A stretch of 64,000 bases of DNA from contig JBCLES010000012.1 in NCBI GenBank assembly GCA_038913135.1, forward strand, positions 1,036 to 65,035, in the 5' to 3' direction. Under the pieces are notes generated by a model. That model was not told the origin of the DNA. It saw only the letters and a program-made list of their open reading frames with translations, and did no database searches. The position numbers were made by a program, and so were the translations under genes. Positions 18,067-28,706 of this stretch are shown here, piece after piece. Origin of the DNA: Anaerolineae bacterium. GTDB taxonomy: Bacteria; Chloroflexota; Anaerolineae; Epilineales; Epilineaceae. How positions within the stretch are numbered: position 1 is the first letter of the stretch; each line of letters starts with the position of its first letter.

Positions 18067-18948
18067 TCATCCCCTTCCATCAGCAAGCGTCGGCATTCGA
18101 CGCCGGAGCCACGCATACATCAGCACCCCGCCCGCCACGGCGACGTTGAGCGACTCGGCGCCGCCGGCCATGGGCAGTCGAACGCGGGCATCGATGAGCG
18201 GCTCAAGGTCATCTGAAAGCCCGCGCGCCTCGTTGCCGACCACAAGCGCAACGCCGCCCGTAAGCGCCGTGTCGCCCCAGTCCTCGCCCGCGTGCGCGTC
18301 GGCGGCGACTACGCGAAGACCGCAGCCCTTGAGCCATGACACGATCAGCTCCGCCTCCCTCGCTCTGATGAGCGGAATTGCGAAGATCGAGCCCATCGAA
18401 CCGCGGACCGCCTTTGGCTCGAACGGATCTACACTCGGGGTGATCACCACTACCGCGGAGGCGCCCACCGCATCAGCTGTGCGGCTTAGCGTGCCGAGGT
18501 TGCCGGGATCCTGAAGCCGATCAAGAATCAAGACCAAGCCGTCGGAAGGGATCTCGGGCAGTCCGCGCATGCCGGAATCGCCGAGTTCGCCAATTGGAAG
18601 GTGCTCTTCAAGGTCAACCCCGAAAATGTCGAAGCTGGCGACCAGCCCCTGAGGCTCATCGCGCTCCGCGAGCGCCCCCATCACGTGCGGCGTGACAGAG
18701 ATGATGTCGGCTCCGGCGTTGCGCAGGCGGTCGACAATCTCGCGCGCTGGGCCCTCGTCGCCTATCTCGGGGCAGAAGAAAGCCTCGCGCGGACGAGCGC
18801 CGGCATCTAGCCCCATTTGAAGAAGCTGCAAACCTTCGACAAGAAAGCGGCCTTGCTGAGCGCGATGCTTCCTCTGCGCCAACTTACGCGCCTCGACGAT
18901 GCGTGGATTCCTTCGGCTCGAGACTAGTTGCGATTCGTCGTTTGACAT
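18067..18948 (-). CDS. TrmH/SpoU-family RNA 2'-O-methyltransferase (RlmB-like)
   Basis: SpoU motifs LVLILDRLQDPGNLGTLSRTADAVGA…, VVGNEARGLS…, and a C-terminal ESLNVAVAGGVLMY. Start chosen at MSNDESQ. Confidence 0.8.
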   Translation of the reverse strand: MSNDESQLVSSRRNPRIVEARKLAQRKHRAQQGRFLVEGLQLLQMGLDAGARPREAFFCPEIGDEGPAREIVDRLRNAGADIISVTPHVMGALAERDEPQGLVASFDIFGVDLEEHLPIGELGDSGMRGLPEIPSDGLVLILDRLQDPGNLGTLSRTADAVGASAVVVITPSVDPFEPKAVRGSMGSIFAIPLIRAREAELIVSWLKGCGLRVVAADAHAGEDWGDTALTGGVALVVGNEARGLSDDLEPLIDARVRLPMAGGAESLNVAVAGGVLMYAWLRRRMPTLADGRG

Positions 18949-19235
18949 GCAGCGCGCGACCATACCTTTCTGGAGAGCAACTGGGCGCACCGTGCCCACC
19001 AGACGCACTTGTCAACCTTCGATCGGCTGCGTCCGACACGATTGCGTAGGCATTCTATCACTCGCCGTAGACGAAGCGATCGCACGGCATTCCCTTGGGC
19101 TATCAGGTGCTCCATCTGCTAGAATCTCAGGTTGGGCGGCGATCGGGTGCGTCGGCCCTATTGGGCTGTTCGGCGACAATCCGACCTCCGCCCGCTCGCT
19201 CTCTCCCGCCCCGCGCGACCTGTGAGCACTTTGCG

Positions 19236-20315
19236 ATGCGCACTCACCAGCAACCAACTACGCAAGACACTCCGCAATCGATCGAGGACAAGCCTCTTCG
19301 GGTCGGATCCAGTTCGGTCAGTTGGGCCTTGCTTATTGCAGGGACGATTGCTCTCGGAGGTTGCTCGAACGTCGCGCCTCCGCCGTCGCCGGCATCGGAA
19401 TCGACCGCGACCCCCGTTCCGCCTGACGCCGCCGCGCTCGCTACCCTAAGCTCCGCGGCGGCCGTCGACAGCCGTGCGATCATGTGCGGAGAAGAAAACC
19501 TTGCCGCCTTGAGAGTGGTTTGGGAACGCTATCCTACCGACGCAATTGTTCGAGAGCAGCTTCGCGGTCAACTCGAGACCTGTAAGCAATGGGACGGCCT
19601 TGCGGAGGTGCTCGAAGCCAAGCCGGAAACCGAGCGAACGGACGCCGACCGGCTTGAACTAGCCGGGCTCTACCTTCGACATCTAGGGCGCTTCGCCGAT
19701 GCTGAGGCGGTCGCGGTCCCACTCGCCGAAGGGCGACCGGACAACATGGATATCGTGAGCCTGGCCGCCGCAAGCCTGTACTATCAGGATCGGGTCGAAG
19801 AAGCTGTGCCGATGATCGATCGCTTGTGGGATCAGATGGTCGCGGCGCAGAACTCGGACATCATGACGATGCGCGCGGTGGCATTCCTTGACGCGGGGAA
19901 TCCCGGGCGCGCCGTAAAGATCCTCGATCAAGTGATCGAGCTGTATCCGCGGCACACATTTGCTTTGACCACGCTCGCTCGTGCAAGGCAAGATATGGGC
20001 GACGAGGCTGGAGCGCAAGAGGCGCGCGAGATCAATGAAGTCATGCGCACAGAGGCCAGCTTGAAGGCGCGCCAGGGCCAACGGATGGCCGACCTGACAC
20101 GGACAATCCAAGCAGCATGGGATGCCGGCGAGTTCGAAGAGGTCGAGCGGAACGCATTGCGGATGCTCGACATCGCGCCGGAGGAGACGGCTCCCGAGAT
20201 CTATCGCGTCCTTGGAGATACTTACAATGAACTGGGCCGCCCCGAAGATGCACGAGCAGCCTTCGAACAGGCGGCCGAACTGGAGCGAACCCTGAAAGCG
20301 GAAAGCGAAGGATGA
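19236..20315 (+). CDS. TPR-repeat lipoprotein
   Basis: Lipobox LIAGTIALGGC. Helical repeat content of TPR type (…AVPMIDRLWDQ…, …YNELGRPEDARAAFEQAAEL…). Start at MRTHQQP. Confidence 0.6.
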   Translation: MRTHQQPTTQDTPQSIEDKPLRVGSSSVSWALLIAGTIALGGCSNVAPPPSPASESTATPVPPDAAALATLSSAAAVDSRAIMCGEENLAALRVVWERYPTDAIVREQLRGQLETCKQWDGLAEVLEAKPETERTDADRLELAGLYLRHLGRFADAEAVAVPLAEGRPDNMDIVSLAAASLYYQDRVEEAVPMIDRLWDQMVAAQNSDIMTMRAVAFLDAGNPGRAVKILDQVIELYPRHTFALTTLARARQDMGDEAGAQEAREINEVMRTEASLKARQGQRMADLTRTIQAAWDAGEFEEVERNALRMLDIAPEETAPEIYRVLGDTYNELGRPEDARAAFEQAAELERTLKAESEG

Positions 20316-20392
20316 GCGGATCGAGCGAAAATCGTAGGTCGCTCGGTCTTCGTAGACCTTCATCCCTCGCCGGTCGAGTCAATCGCCGGCGA

Positions 20393-22183
20393 ATGATCGC
20401 GACCGTGAGCATGTTCGGCCTACTCCTTCATGGCTGTGATCAAACAGCCGAACCGCCGACCGAGGAATTTCCAGATCCGTCGGCTCCGACCGTTTCGGCT
20501 GGCGATGCAACCGACACTCCGATTTCGACAGATCTTCGATTCACCGACGGCACGTCTGATTCGGGCATCGACTTCACGCACCTCCCAACGTATACGGAGG
20601 AGCGCTTTATGCCGGAGATTCAAGGGGGCGGCGTCGCGATAATCGACATCGACAGGGATGGAGATCCGGACATCCTCGCGATCAACAGCGGAGCGTTGCG
20701 CTCGGACGCTCGCCCACCTGGCGGAACCAGCCGACTCTACTTGAACGACGGCAGCGGGCGCTTTACAGATGTGACTGCGGAGTGGGGATTGACGTCGGCA
20801 GAGGCAGGCTATGGGATGGGGGCCGCGGTCGGGGACGTGGATGGCGACGGCCGGCAGGATGTCTTTCTGACGGCGTTCGACGAAGGTGATCGACTGCTGC
20901 TCAATACGGGTGCCGGCTTCGTCGATGCGACGGATGAGTATGCCATCCTTCCGGACCCGAAGTGGTCCACTAGTGCCGGATTCCTCGACATGGATAACGA
21001 CGGGGATCTCGATCTCTACGTGGCGCGCTATTCCGAATACGTCCTAGACGAAGCGCAGCGGTGCTACGAGGGCGACCTGCATATCTATTGCACGCCGCAC
21101 TTGTTCGACGCGATCGCAGATAGGCTTCTCCGCAATGACGGCGGCAAGTTCCTCGACGTCACGGACGCCGCCGGAATAGGCGAGCGCCTTGGCCGGGGGC
21201 TTGCCTTCGTCGTCGGCGATATCGATCTCGACGGGGACTCCGACGTGTATGTCGCGAACGATCTGAGCCCCAATCATCTTTGGCTAAACGACGGCTCAGG
21301 CTCGTTCGCGGACATTGCTCCTCGTGCCGGAGTTGCCATGAGCGTCCACGGGATAGCCGAAGCAGGGATGGGCGCGGACATGGGCGACATTGACGGCGAC
21401 GGCAAATTCGATCTGGTCACCACGAATTTCGAGAGTGAGACAACCAACGTACATCTTCAGCAAGACGATCTCACCTTTCGCGAGGTTTCCGACGCGGCGG
21501 GAGTAGGCGAGGCCGCCCGAGCGAGACTCAAGTGGGGCATCGATCTATTCGATGCAGACAACGACGGCGACGAGGACTTGATCGTCGCCAACGGGCACAT
21601 TTATGACAACGCTGGTGAATTCTCCGGCGGTCCGACATTCCCACAGCAAAATACGCTGTACGAGAATCTCGGCGGCGGCGAGTTCATGGACGTGAGCGAT
21701 GTTTCGGGCGACGCTCTCACGGATCGCCAGGTCAGTCGAGGCCTGGTGACCAGCGATCTCGATGGCGACGGCGATCTCGATGCACTCGTCGGCAACAACG
21801 GCGGCACGCTGCAAGTGCTTGTCAACGAGAGTCGGTCGGTCGGGCACTGGGTCGGATTGTGGCTCGAAGGCGCCGGCCAAGGGGTAGAGACCAGCGCCGG
21901 ACCAGGGGCGAACAAGAGCGCGATCGGCGCGCGCATCGAAGCGCGCATCGGCGATCACACGCTGATCCGTCAAGTGACCAATGCCCTGAGCTACCTCTCG
22001 GCGGGCGATCTAAGGGTGCATATCGGGCTCGGCGATGCGGCGTCGATCGACGAGCTGACGATTCTTTGGCCGGGCGGCGGAGTGCAGACGATCACGGGGC
22101 TCGCCGCGGATACGTACTACCGTATCGTTCAAGGGGCGGAACCGGAGCCGTTCACAGCTGGCGAGCGGGTGATCGCGCCGTAA
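20393..22183 (+). CDS. CRTAC1-family protein: FG-GAP/VCBS beta-propeller repeats plus C-terminal ASPIC/UnbV domain; lipoprotein
   Basis: Lipobox LLLHGC. Repeated DxDGDGxxD calcium-binding FG-GAP motifs (IDRDGDPDI, VDGDGRQDV, MDNDGDLDL, IDLDGDSDV, IDGDGKFDL, ADNDGDEDL, LDGDGDLDA). The ASPIC/UnbV C-terminus ends …RVHIGLGDAASIDELTILWPGGGVQTI. Confidence 0.8.
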   Translation: MIATVSMFGLLLHGCDQTAEPPTEEFPDPSAPTVSAGDATDTPISTDLRFTDGTSDSGIDFTHLPTYTEERFMPEIQGGGVAIIDIDRDGDPDILAINSGALRSDARPPGGTSRLYLNDGSGRFTDVTAEWGLTSAEAGYGMGAAVGDVDGDGRQDVFLTAFDEGDRLLLNTGAGFVDATDEYAILPDPKWSTSAGFLDMDNDGDLDLYVARYSEYVLDEAQRCYEGDLHIYCTPHLFDAIADRLLRNDGGKFLDVTDAAGIGERLGRGLAFVVGDIDLDGDSDVYVANDLSPNHLWLNDGSGSFADIAPRAGVAMSVHGIAEAGMGADMGDIDGDGKFDLVTTNFESETTNVHLQQDDLTFREVSDAAGVGEAARARLKWGIDLFDADNDGDEDLIVANGHIYDNAGEFSGGPTFPQQNTLYENLGGGEFMDVSDVSGDALTDRQVSRGLVTSDLDGDGDLDALVGNNGGTLQVLVNESRSVGHWVGLWLEGAGQGVETSAGPGANKSAIGARIEARIGDHTLIRQVTNALSYLSAGDLRVHIGLGDAASIDELTILWPGGGVQTITGLAADTYYRIVQGAEPEPFTAGERVIAP

Positions 22184-22215
22184 AGGTTCGCTCGGCTTTC
22201 GCTCTATTCCGATTG

Positions 22216-22848
22216 TTACAGGTAGAGCATCCCCCAGATCAACACGCCCGTCACCGAAACGTATAGCCACAGCGGGAGGGTGATCTTAGCGATCCGACGG
22301 TGCTTTTCGACCTGCATCTCCCAATTCCACCCTCGATAAAGCGTGACGAGAGCAAGGGGGACGATCACGGCGGCAAGCAGGATGTGGCTGATCAAGATGG
22401 GGTAGTAGAGCCACGGCAGCCCGCCCTCGTATGGCTTCGGGCCGGCTTTGAAAGTGTGGTAGATCAGATAGCTGACCAGGAATGCGCCGGAGGCGGCGAA
22501 GGCCGTCAGCATCGTCCGCTTGTGGGCGTTGATGCGCCCGGCCCGGATGAATCTATATCCGACTATCAGAAGCAGGCCGGAAAGAGCGTTCAACCCCGCG
22601 TTGACATGCGGCAGCATGGAAACGTCGCGCCCACCGTCGGCGGAGCCCTGCGGGCGCGGTCCGTAGATCAGGAAGAGCACCGCTCCGACTAGGACGGCTG
22701 ACGTGATGCCGATTATCCGTAGCCAGAAGCGTTCCTGCGCAGGGGCGTCGGCGGCGTAGCGCACGTCTCGTTTGCCGACTTCGTCGGAAGAATCGATTGG
22801 ACTGGCGTTGCCAGATCGGTCGGGCGTCGGCATATCGGGCGTCGGCAT
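22216..22848 (-). CDS. DUF420-family membrane protein
   Basis: Four TM segments with the NA.LN…YR.IR.G.I..HKR.M pattern typical of DUF420. Confidence 0.65.
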   Translation of the reverse strand: MPTPDMPTPDRSGNASPIDSSDEVGKRDVRYAADAPAQERFWLRIIGITSAVLVGAVLFLIYGPRPQGSADGGRDVSMLPHVNAGLNALSGLLLIVGYRFIRAGRINAHKRTMLTAFAASGAFLVSYLIYHTFKAGPKPYEGGLPWLYYPILISHILLAAVIVPLALVTLYRGWNWEMQVEKHRRIAKITLPLWLYVSVTGVLIWGMLYL

Positions 22849-23052
22849 ATCGGGCGGCCTAGTCGGGGCTCCGTCAAATCCGACGGATCGGCGAGAACCT
22901 TCGTACTTCTTGGAGTACAGGCGTTCCTCTTCGAATACAGACTAACACGACCCGAGAACGAGAAGCGTTCCGATCACGTCGGAATGGGACGGCGAGTACT
23001 GCGCGACTTGTGCGGAACAGCCAGGAACGGATGACCCGGCCGAGCACCGCTC

Positions 23053-23646
23053 TCATCGACCAGAACCAGGCCCAACCCGGATGTCGAGTCCGCCATCGCC
23101 CGAGTACTCTTCCGGATCGATGCCGGCCGCTTCGGCGATCACGCGTCGCGCCCCGTCGATGCGTTCGCCATGAGCGCTGATCCGGCTGATCGCGCCGATC
23201 ATTTCACGGGTAAGGCAGAGCGATGAGTCGACCTCGCAGGCTTGCATGAGCTTGACCGATTCGATGAAAGTGTCGACCAACCCGGCCTCCGCCAGAAGGA
23301 GTCCTTCCGCGCAGGCGGGCGCATCCATGCCGAGCAGGCGGTCGCGGCTCGCTTCGAGCGCCGCGAGGTCTATCGAGTCGATCGCCGCTCGCATGCCGCC
23401 GGCATCACTTTCCAAGTCGCCGAGCGACTCGAAGTCCTCGAGCGCGGTGTCCAAACGTTCTTCTTGTCCGTCGAGAAAGGCGCGCACGACCACTTCTTCG
23501 CACTCTCCTTCCACCGTCACGGCCTCCAACGGTTCCATTTCCGGAATCGCCTGGCGGACGAAGTATGCGCCGAAGATCCCGCATGCCAAGCCAAGCATGA
23601 GCATCGCACCGCAGCCGATCGCGCCCCATTTCATGCACCCGTTCAT
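23053..23646 (-). CDS. Hypothetical membrane-anchored acidic protein
   Basis: AGGAG lies 9 nt upstream of the ATG at 23646. One N-terminal TM helix. No recognisable domain. Confidence 0.45.
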   Translation of the reverse strand: MNGCMKWGAIGCGAMLMLGLACGIFGAYFVRQAIPEMEPLEAVTVEGECEEVVVRAFLDGQEERLDTALEDFESLGDLESDAGGMRAAIDSIDLAALEASRDRLLGMDAPACAEGLLLAEAGLVDTFIESVKLMQACEVDSSLCLTREMIGAISRISAHGERIDGARRVIAEAAGIDPEEYSGDGGLDIRVGPGSGR

Positions 23647-23854
23647 CGTTAGATACTCCTTGAATCTAGATGGATCCCTTGCCGCCGCCCGCCTTGTCGG
23701 TGGCGAACGCCTGTTCTATACTAGCGTGCGTTCGCACCGGTCGACATTTAGAGGCCTACGCATACTATCATCCGGCGCGGCCATCTACGACGAACCGACC
23801 GCCGCGTTTCGGCCCCACCGCCCGCATCGATCCGCCGTCCTTCCGGAGTCCCTA

Positions 23855-26023
23855 ATGACCATGGCACCGCTCGGTGCCGACGCCGACACCGCGACGAGCG
23901 GACGGCGCGGCGCTTCACGACCGGCAGCGTACGACGCCGGACAAATCACCGAGCTCGGCTTTCCGGAGGCCATCCAAAAGCGCCCCGGCATGTACATCGG
24001 CGGTCGGAGCAACCTTGGCCACCTACTAGCCGAGGCCGTCGACAACGCGATCGACGAAGCGATGGCCGGCAGCTGCACGCGGATCGACGTCGTCCTGGCC
24101 GCGGACGGGAGCGCATCGGTGGTCGATGACGGCCGCGGCGTCCCGGTCGCCATTCATCCTGACAGCGGCAAATCCGCTCTCGAGATGGCCTTCACACAGC
24201 TCCACACGGGCGGAAAATTCGATTCGGAGAGCTATTCGACCAGCGGCGGCCTGCACGGCGTCGGCATCAAAGCAACGAATGCCCTGAGCGAGTGGCTCGA
24301 AGTGACCGTCCGCCGCGACGGCGTCCGCTACCGCCAGCGCTACGAGCACGGTCACGTTGTCAGCCCGGTCCAGATCCTCGACCCGGAAAGCGATAAGGTC
24401 ATCGGCGAGGTCGGGATGAAGGGGGAGGCGGCCGTCGTCGCGCTGCACAAGAAGCAGCCGCGCATCACGAGCACTCGAGTCGCCTTCAAGCCGAGCACGG
24501 AGTACCTGGAGGTCACGACCTTCGACTTCGTCACGATCGCACACAGGCTGCAGGTCGCCGCCTATCTGATACCGGGCCTGCTGCTCAGCTTGCGCGACGA
24601 GCGCGGTGACGAAGTCCTCGAGCGCACCTACCACGCCGAGGGCGGCATCCTCGCGTACGTGGAGCACCTCAATGCGGGCCGTCGGCTCATCCACAAAGAG
24701 CCGATCCGCGTAAACGGGACGACCGAAAGCGGGGCGCGGATCGATCTGGTGTTCCAATACCACGACGCGGACGACGAGGAGATCCTCTCCTTCGTCAACA
24801 CCATCCCGACGGGCGAAGGCGGCACTCACGTATCGGGCTTCCGCGCAGCCCTGACCAAGGCCGTGAACGTCTTCGGTATCGAAAAGAAGCTGATCAAGGA
24901 CAAGGAGTCGGTCACCGGCAAGGACACGACCGCCGGGCTGACGGCCGCTCTATCGCTGATGATGTCGGATCCGGAGTTCACGTCGCAGACCAAGACACAG
25001 CTCGGCACGAGCGAGATTCAAGGCCAGGTCCTTTCTGTCGTTTACGAACAAGTCCTTGACCGCTTCCGCAAGGACACCAACCTCGGCCGCCGCGTTGTCG
25101 AACGCTGTCTTGCGGCGTCGCGGGCGCGCGAGGCCGCGGCCAAGGCGCGCAGCCTAGTCATGCGTAAGAGCGTCCTCGACGTCATCGATACCGGCCTGCC
25201 GGGCAAGCTGGCCGACGTGGCGAAGAACGCCGACACCAACAACACGATCCTCTACATCGTGGAAGGCGACTCCGCAGGCGGCAGTTGCAAACAGGCTCGC
25301 AACAACCAGTATCACGCCATACTCCCATTGCGCGGCAAGATCCTGAACACGGAGCGCGCTCGTCTGAACCGCGCACTCTCGAACACGGAGATCAAGGCGA
25401 TTGTATCCGCGATCGGGGCCGGGGTGGCGCGCGACTTTGAGGTCGACGACATGCGTTACGGCGGCATCGCGATCTTCGTCGACGCCGACGTGGACGGCCT
25501 GCACATCATGACCCTACTCCTGACCCTTTTTTGGCGCTTCATGCGGCCGATGATCGACGCTGGCCGCCTCTTTGTCGCCCGTGCGCCGCTGTATCAGCTC
25601 ACCTCCGCCCGCCGCTCGGTATACGCCTATTCGGATTGGGAGCGCGACCAGATTCTCTCGAAATGGGGCCGAAAGGGTGTGACCATCCAGCGCTACAAAG
25701 GGCTCGGCGAGATGAATCCATCGCAATTGAAGAGTACCGTCTTCGCCGTGCCCGAGGTGGACGGCCGCCAGACCCCGTTCGCCAACCCAAACCTCTACCG
25801 AGTCACGGTCGATGACGCACACCGAGCCAATCAGATGGTCCAATTGTGGATGGGCGCGCGCGTCGCACCGCGCAAAGCGCGCCTGATGCGTATCTGGGAC
25901 GGCGAGGCGACGTACGGCGCCGACGAGAACGGCAACTTGGATGGTCAGTTCGAAAACGGCGCGGACGATTCGGACGACTTCGACGAGATCGAGACTCAGC
26001 TCGGGTTGCTCGAGGACGAATGA
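23855..26023 (+). CDS. gyrB: Type IIA topoisomerase ATPase subunit (GyrB/ParE-like), divergent
   Basis: GHKL ATPase N-terminus (GLHGVGIKATNALS). Toprim region (LYIVEGDSAGGS, …DADVDGLHIMTLLLTLFWRF…) and QRYKGLGEM. GGAG lies 7 nt upstream of ATG 23855. Several normally invariant blocks are substituted and the tail is acidic. Confidence 0.85.
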   Translation: MTMAPLGADADTATSGRRGASRPAAYDAGQITELGFPEAIQKRPGMYIGGRSNLGHLLAEAVDNAIDEAMAGSCTRIDVVLAADGSASVVDDGRGVPVAIHPDSGKSALEMAFTQLHTGGKFDSESYSTSGGLHGVGIKATNALSEWLEVTVRRDGVRYRQRYEHGHVVSPVQILDPESDKVIGEVGMKGEAAVVALHKKQPRITSTRVAFKPSTEYLEVTTFDFVTIAHRLQVAAYLIPGLLLSLRDERGDEVLERTYHAEGGILAYVEHLNAGRRLIHKEPIRVNGTTESGARIDLVFQYHDADDEEILSFVNTIPTGEGGTHVSGFRAALTKAVNVFGIEKKLIKDKESVTGKDTTAGLTAALSLMMSDPEFTSQTKTQLGTSEIQGQVLSVVYEQVLDRFRKDTNLGRRVVERCLAASRAREAAAKARSLVMRKSVLDVIDTGLPGKLADVAKNADTNNTILYIVEGDSAGGSCKQARNNQYHAILPLRGKILNTERARLNRALSNTEIKAIVSAIGAGVARDFEVDDMRYGGIAIFVDADVDGLHIMTLLLTLFWRFMRPMIDAGRLFVARAPLYQLTSARRSVYAYSDWERDQILSKWGRKGVTIQRYKGLGEMNPSQLKSTVFAVPEVDGRQTPFANPNLYRVTVDDAHRANQMVQLWMGARVAPRKARLMRIWDGEATYGADENGNLDGQFENGADDSDDFDEIETQLGLLEDE

Positions 26024-26089
26024 AAGCTCTGACGGCGGCCGCGGGGCGCGTCGTCCGCACCGACCGAACTCATGAATGAGGAAAACACG

Positions 26090-28603
26090 ATGTTCAAGGC
26101 ATTCGACATCGACATCCAGAGCCTGCCGTTCACCCCGGAGCTCGACCGTGCCTACCGGCTTTACGCCGCGAAGACGATCGAGGATCGGGCGCTGCCCGAT
26201 GTGCGCGACGGCTGCAAGCCGGTTCAGCGCCGCATCCTTTACGCGATGTACGATATGGGACTGCGCTCTGACCGGCCGCAGAAGAAGTGCGCCCGTATCG
26301 TCGGCGAGGTCCTCGGCAAGTACCACCCGCACGGCGACCAGGCGGTCTACGGGGCGCTCGTCCGAATGGCGCAGAGCTTCACCATGCGTGCAGCGCTCAT
26401 CGATGGCCAGGGTAATTTCGGTTCGATAGATGGCGACGGCGCAGCGGCCATGCGCTACACCGAGGCCCGCCTCAGTGCCCTCGGTGAGTCGCTTTTGGCC
26501 GACATCGGGGCCGATACCGTCGACTTCCAGGACAATTTCGACAATTCGTTGTCCGAGCCGGTTGTGCTGCCGGCTGCCTTCCCCAACCTTCTCGTCAACG
26601 GCTCCTCCGGCATCGCCGTCGGGATGGCCACGAACATCCCACCGCATAACCTGGGCGAGATCGCGGATGCGGTCCAACACGTGCTCCGACGGTGGAGCGC
26701 GCGCGACAACATCACGGTTGAAGAATTGATGGAGCATGTGCCGGGGCCGGACTTCCCGACCGGCGGCATTGTTTATCGCTATCGCGACGAAGGTGGTGGC
26801 GAGATCGTCGACAGCATCAAGCGCGCGTACGAGACCGGTGCCGGACGCATCATCACTCAAGCGCGGATGCATATCGAGGATATCGGCGGCGGCAAACAGA
26901 ACATCGTGATCTCGGAACTGCCTTACATGGTGCAGAAGTCGACGCTCTTGGAACGGATCGCGAAAGAGGCGAAGGACGGCCGCATCGTCGGCCTCACCGA
27001 TCTCCGCGATGAAAGCGACTACGATGACGGGATGCGCGTCGTGGCCGAGGTGTCGCGGACGGCCAAGGCGCCGGAGGTGATGGCTCAGCTGCTGAAGTTC
27101 TCGCAGCTCCAAGAGACATTCGGCGTCAACGCGATGGCGCTGGTGCCGGACGACACGTCGGACCCTGAGCGCAGCGGCGTTCGACCGCAGCGCCTAACGC
27201 TGCGCGACATGCTCGTCCACTTCGTCGCTTATCGTCTCGACGTCATCGAACGCCGTACCCGCCACGAACTCGCACAACGCGAGGCCAGGCTGCATATCGT
27301 CGACGGCCTGCTCAAGGCGCTCGACGCAATTGACGAGGTCGTCGCGCTCATCCGTAAGAGCAAGAACGCCGAGACGGCACGCGAAAACTTGATTAAGGCG
27401 CTGAAGCTCAGCGACGAACAGGCGCGCGCGATCCTTGAAATGCCGCTGCGTCGCCTCACATCGCTGGAGATCGGATCCCTTCGCGACGAAGGCAAGTCCC
27501 TTCGCGCCCGCATCACGGTCTTGAAAGGCATCCTGGAAAGCGAGGCCAAGCGCCTTGCGGTGGTCGGTGAGGAAACAAGGGAGATCCGGGAGGCTTTCGC
27601 GACGGGCCGCAGGACTGTGATCATCGACACTGAGGAGATGGCGGCCGGATCGCAAGTAGTGATGGAGGCCGATCTTCGAATGCCTTCGAGCCCACAGATC
27701 ATCGTCCTGACCACGAACGGGATCGAGCGGCGTGACGCGGCCGGCTTCCGCCAGGCTCGACCGGCCCCCGGCCTGACGAGCCGCGCGACGACGAGCCAGG
27801 TCCTTTCGGTTGTGGCGCAGCCCAACGATCAAATCATCTTGTTCTCGAGCGCCGGCCGAGCTTGGCGGAACCAGGTCGGTTTCGTTCCGGACAAGGCGAC
27901 ATTCAATCAGCTCGGCTTGGTCCGCGACGAGACGATCGTCGGCGCAGCCGTCCAGCCCGCCCAGCCGAACGGTGCCCAAGACAACTTGACGGCGATCTTC
28001 GCGACACGCGCCGGACGCATCAAGCGCACCCTTCTCGGAGACCTCTCGCTCACAGCCGGAATCTGGTCAACAGTGGTAGGGCTGCCGGACGAAGGTGACG
28101 CGGTGTTGGTGGCGGCGGTCGCCGGCGATGATGCCGAGGTGGTCTTCGTAACTTCCAGCGCGCTCGTTCTGCGCACGGCGGCCGGCGCGGTCAATCCGCA
28201 GGCCAGCGGAACGGCCCGTGGGGTGGCCGGGATAGGTCTGAAGGGCCGCGACATTCCTATCGCCGCGGCCATAGTTCCCGCCAATCCGTCGGATGATCTT
28301 TCGATCTATGTGATCTCCGAGATGGGCTACGTCAAGCGCGTACCTTACTCCGAGTATCCGCCCAAGGGCCGCGGCTCACAAGGCGTACAGACGCTAAAGA
28401 TCACCCCCGCCACCGGACGGTTGGTCGCGGCGGCCATCGGCCCGGCTGCGGATGGCAGTGGCCTCGATCTGATCTACGCAAACGGAAAGCGCCAGCGAAT
28501 CCCTGTCGAAGATTTACCGGCGGACAATAGATATCGGCAAGGGGCTCGGCTGGTCGACCTCTTGGAGGCCGGGGCGCCGGTGGAAAGGGCGGTCGTGGCT
28601 TAG
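26090..28603 (+). CDS. gyrA: Type IIA topoisomerase DNA-cleavage subunit (GyrA/ParC-like)
   Basis: [40 protein letters not shown], and active-site [10 protein letters not shown] (Tyr). Start preferred at ATG 26090, which has GAGGAA 6 nt upstream (the alternative is 26072). I could not find a canonical GyrA-box (QRRGGKG). Confidence 0.85.
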   Translation: MFKAFDIDIQSLPFTPELDRAYRLYAAKTIEDRALPDVRDGCKPVQRRILYAMYDMGLRSDRPQKKCARIVGEVLGKYHPHGDQAVYGALVRMAQSFTMRAALIDGQGNFGSIDGDGAAAMRYTEARLSALGESLLADIGADTVDFQDNFDNSLSEPVVLPAAFPNLLVNGSSGIAVGMATNIPPHNLGEIADAVQHVLRRWSARDNITVEELMEHVPGPDFPTGGIVYRYRDEGGGEIVDSIKRAYETGAGRIITQARMHIEDIGGGKQNIVISELPYMVQKSTLLERIAKEAKDGRIVGLTDLRDESDYDDGMRVVAEVSRTAKAPEVMAQLLKFSQLQETFGVNAMALVPDDTSDPERSGVRPQRLTLRDMLVHFVAYRLDVIERRTRHELAQREARLHIVDGLLKALDAIDEVVALIRKSKNAETARENLIKALKLSDEQARAILEMPLRRLTSLEIGSLRDEGKSLRARITVLKGILESEAKRLAVVGEETREIREAFATGRRTVIIDTEEMAAGSQVVMEADLRMPSSPQIIVLTTNGIERRDAAGFRQARPAPGLTSRATTSQVLSVVAQPNDQIILFSSAGRAWRNQVGFVPDKATFNQLGLVRDETIVGAAVQPAQPNGAQDNLTAIFATRAGRIKRTLLGDLSLTAGIWSTVVGLPDEGDAVLVAAVAGDDAEVVFVTSSALVLRTAAGAVNPQASGTARGVAGIGLKGRDIPIAAAIVPANPSDDLSIYVISEMGYVKRVPYSEYPPKGRGSQGVQTLKITPATGRLVAAAIGPAADGSGLDLIYANGKRQRIPVEDLPADNRYRQGARLVDLLEAGAPVERAVVA

Positions 28604-28706
28604 TTGGCTAGCGCGGTGGAATGTAGAGGATTTCCGTGACCGCCTTCGCAAGCGTGCGCGGTGCATCGCCGGTTACGACGCTACCGCCTCTGCTCCACGG
28701 ATCCGT

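Noticed and set aside
25514-27112. 532-aa minus-strand ORF antisense to the gyrB/gyrA junction
   Set aside because: It lies entirely within well-supported topoisomerase coding sequence on the opposite strand. It has Arg/Gly/Asp-rich composition with no motifs. Long antisense ORFs are expected at this GC content.
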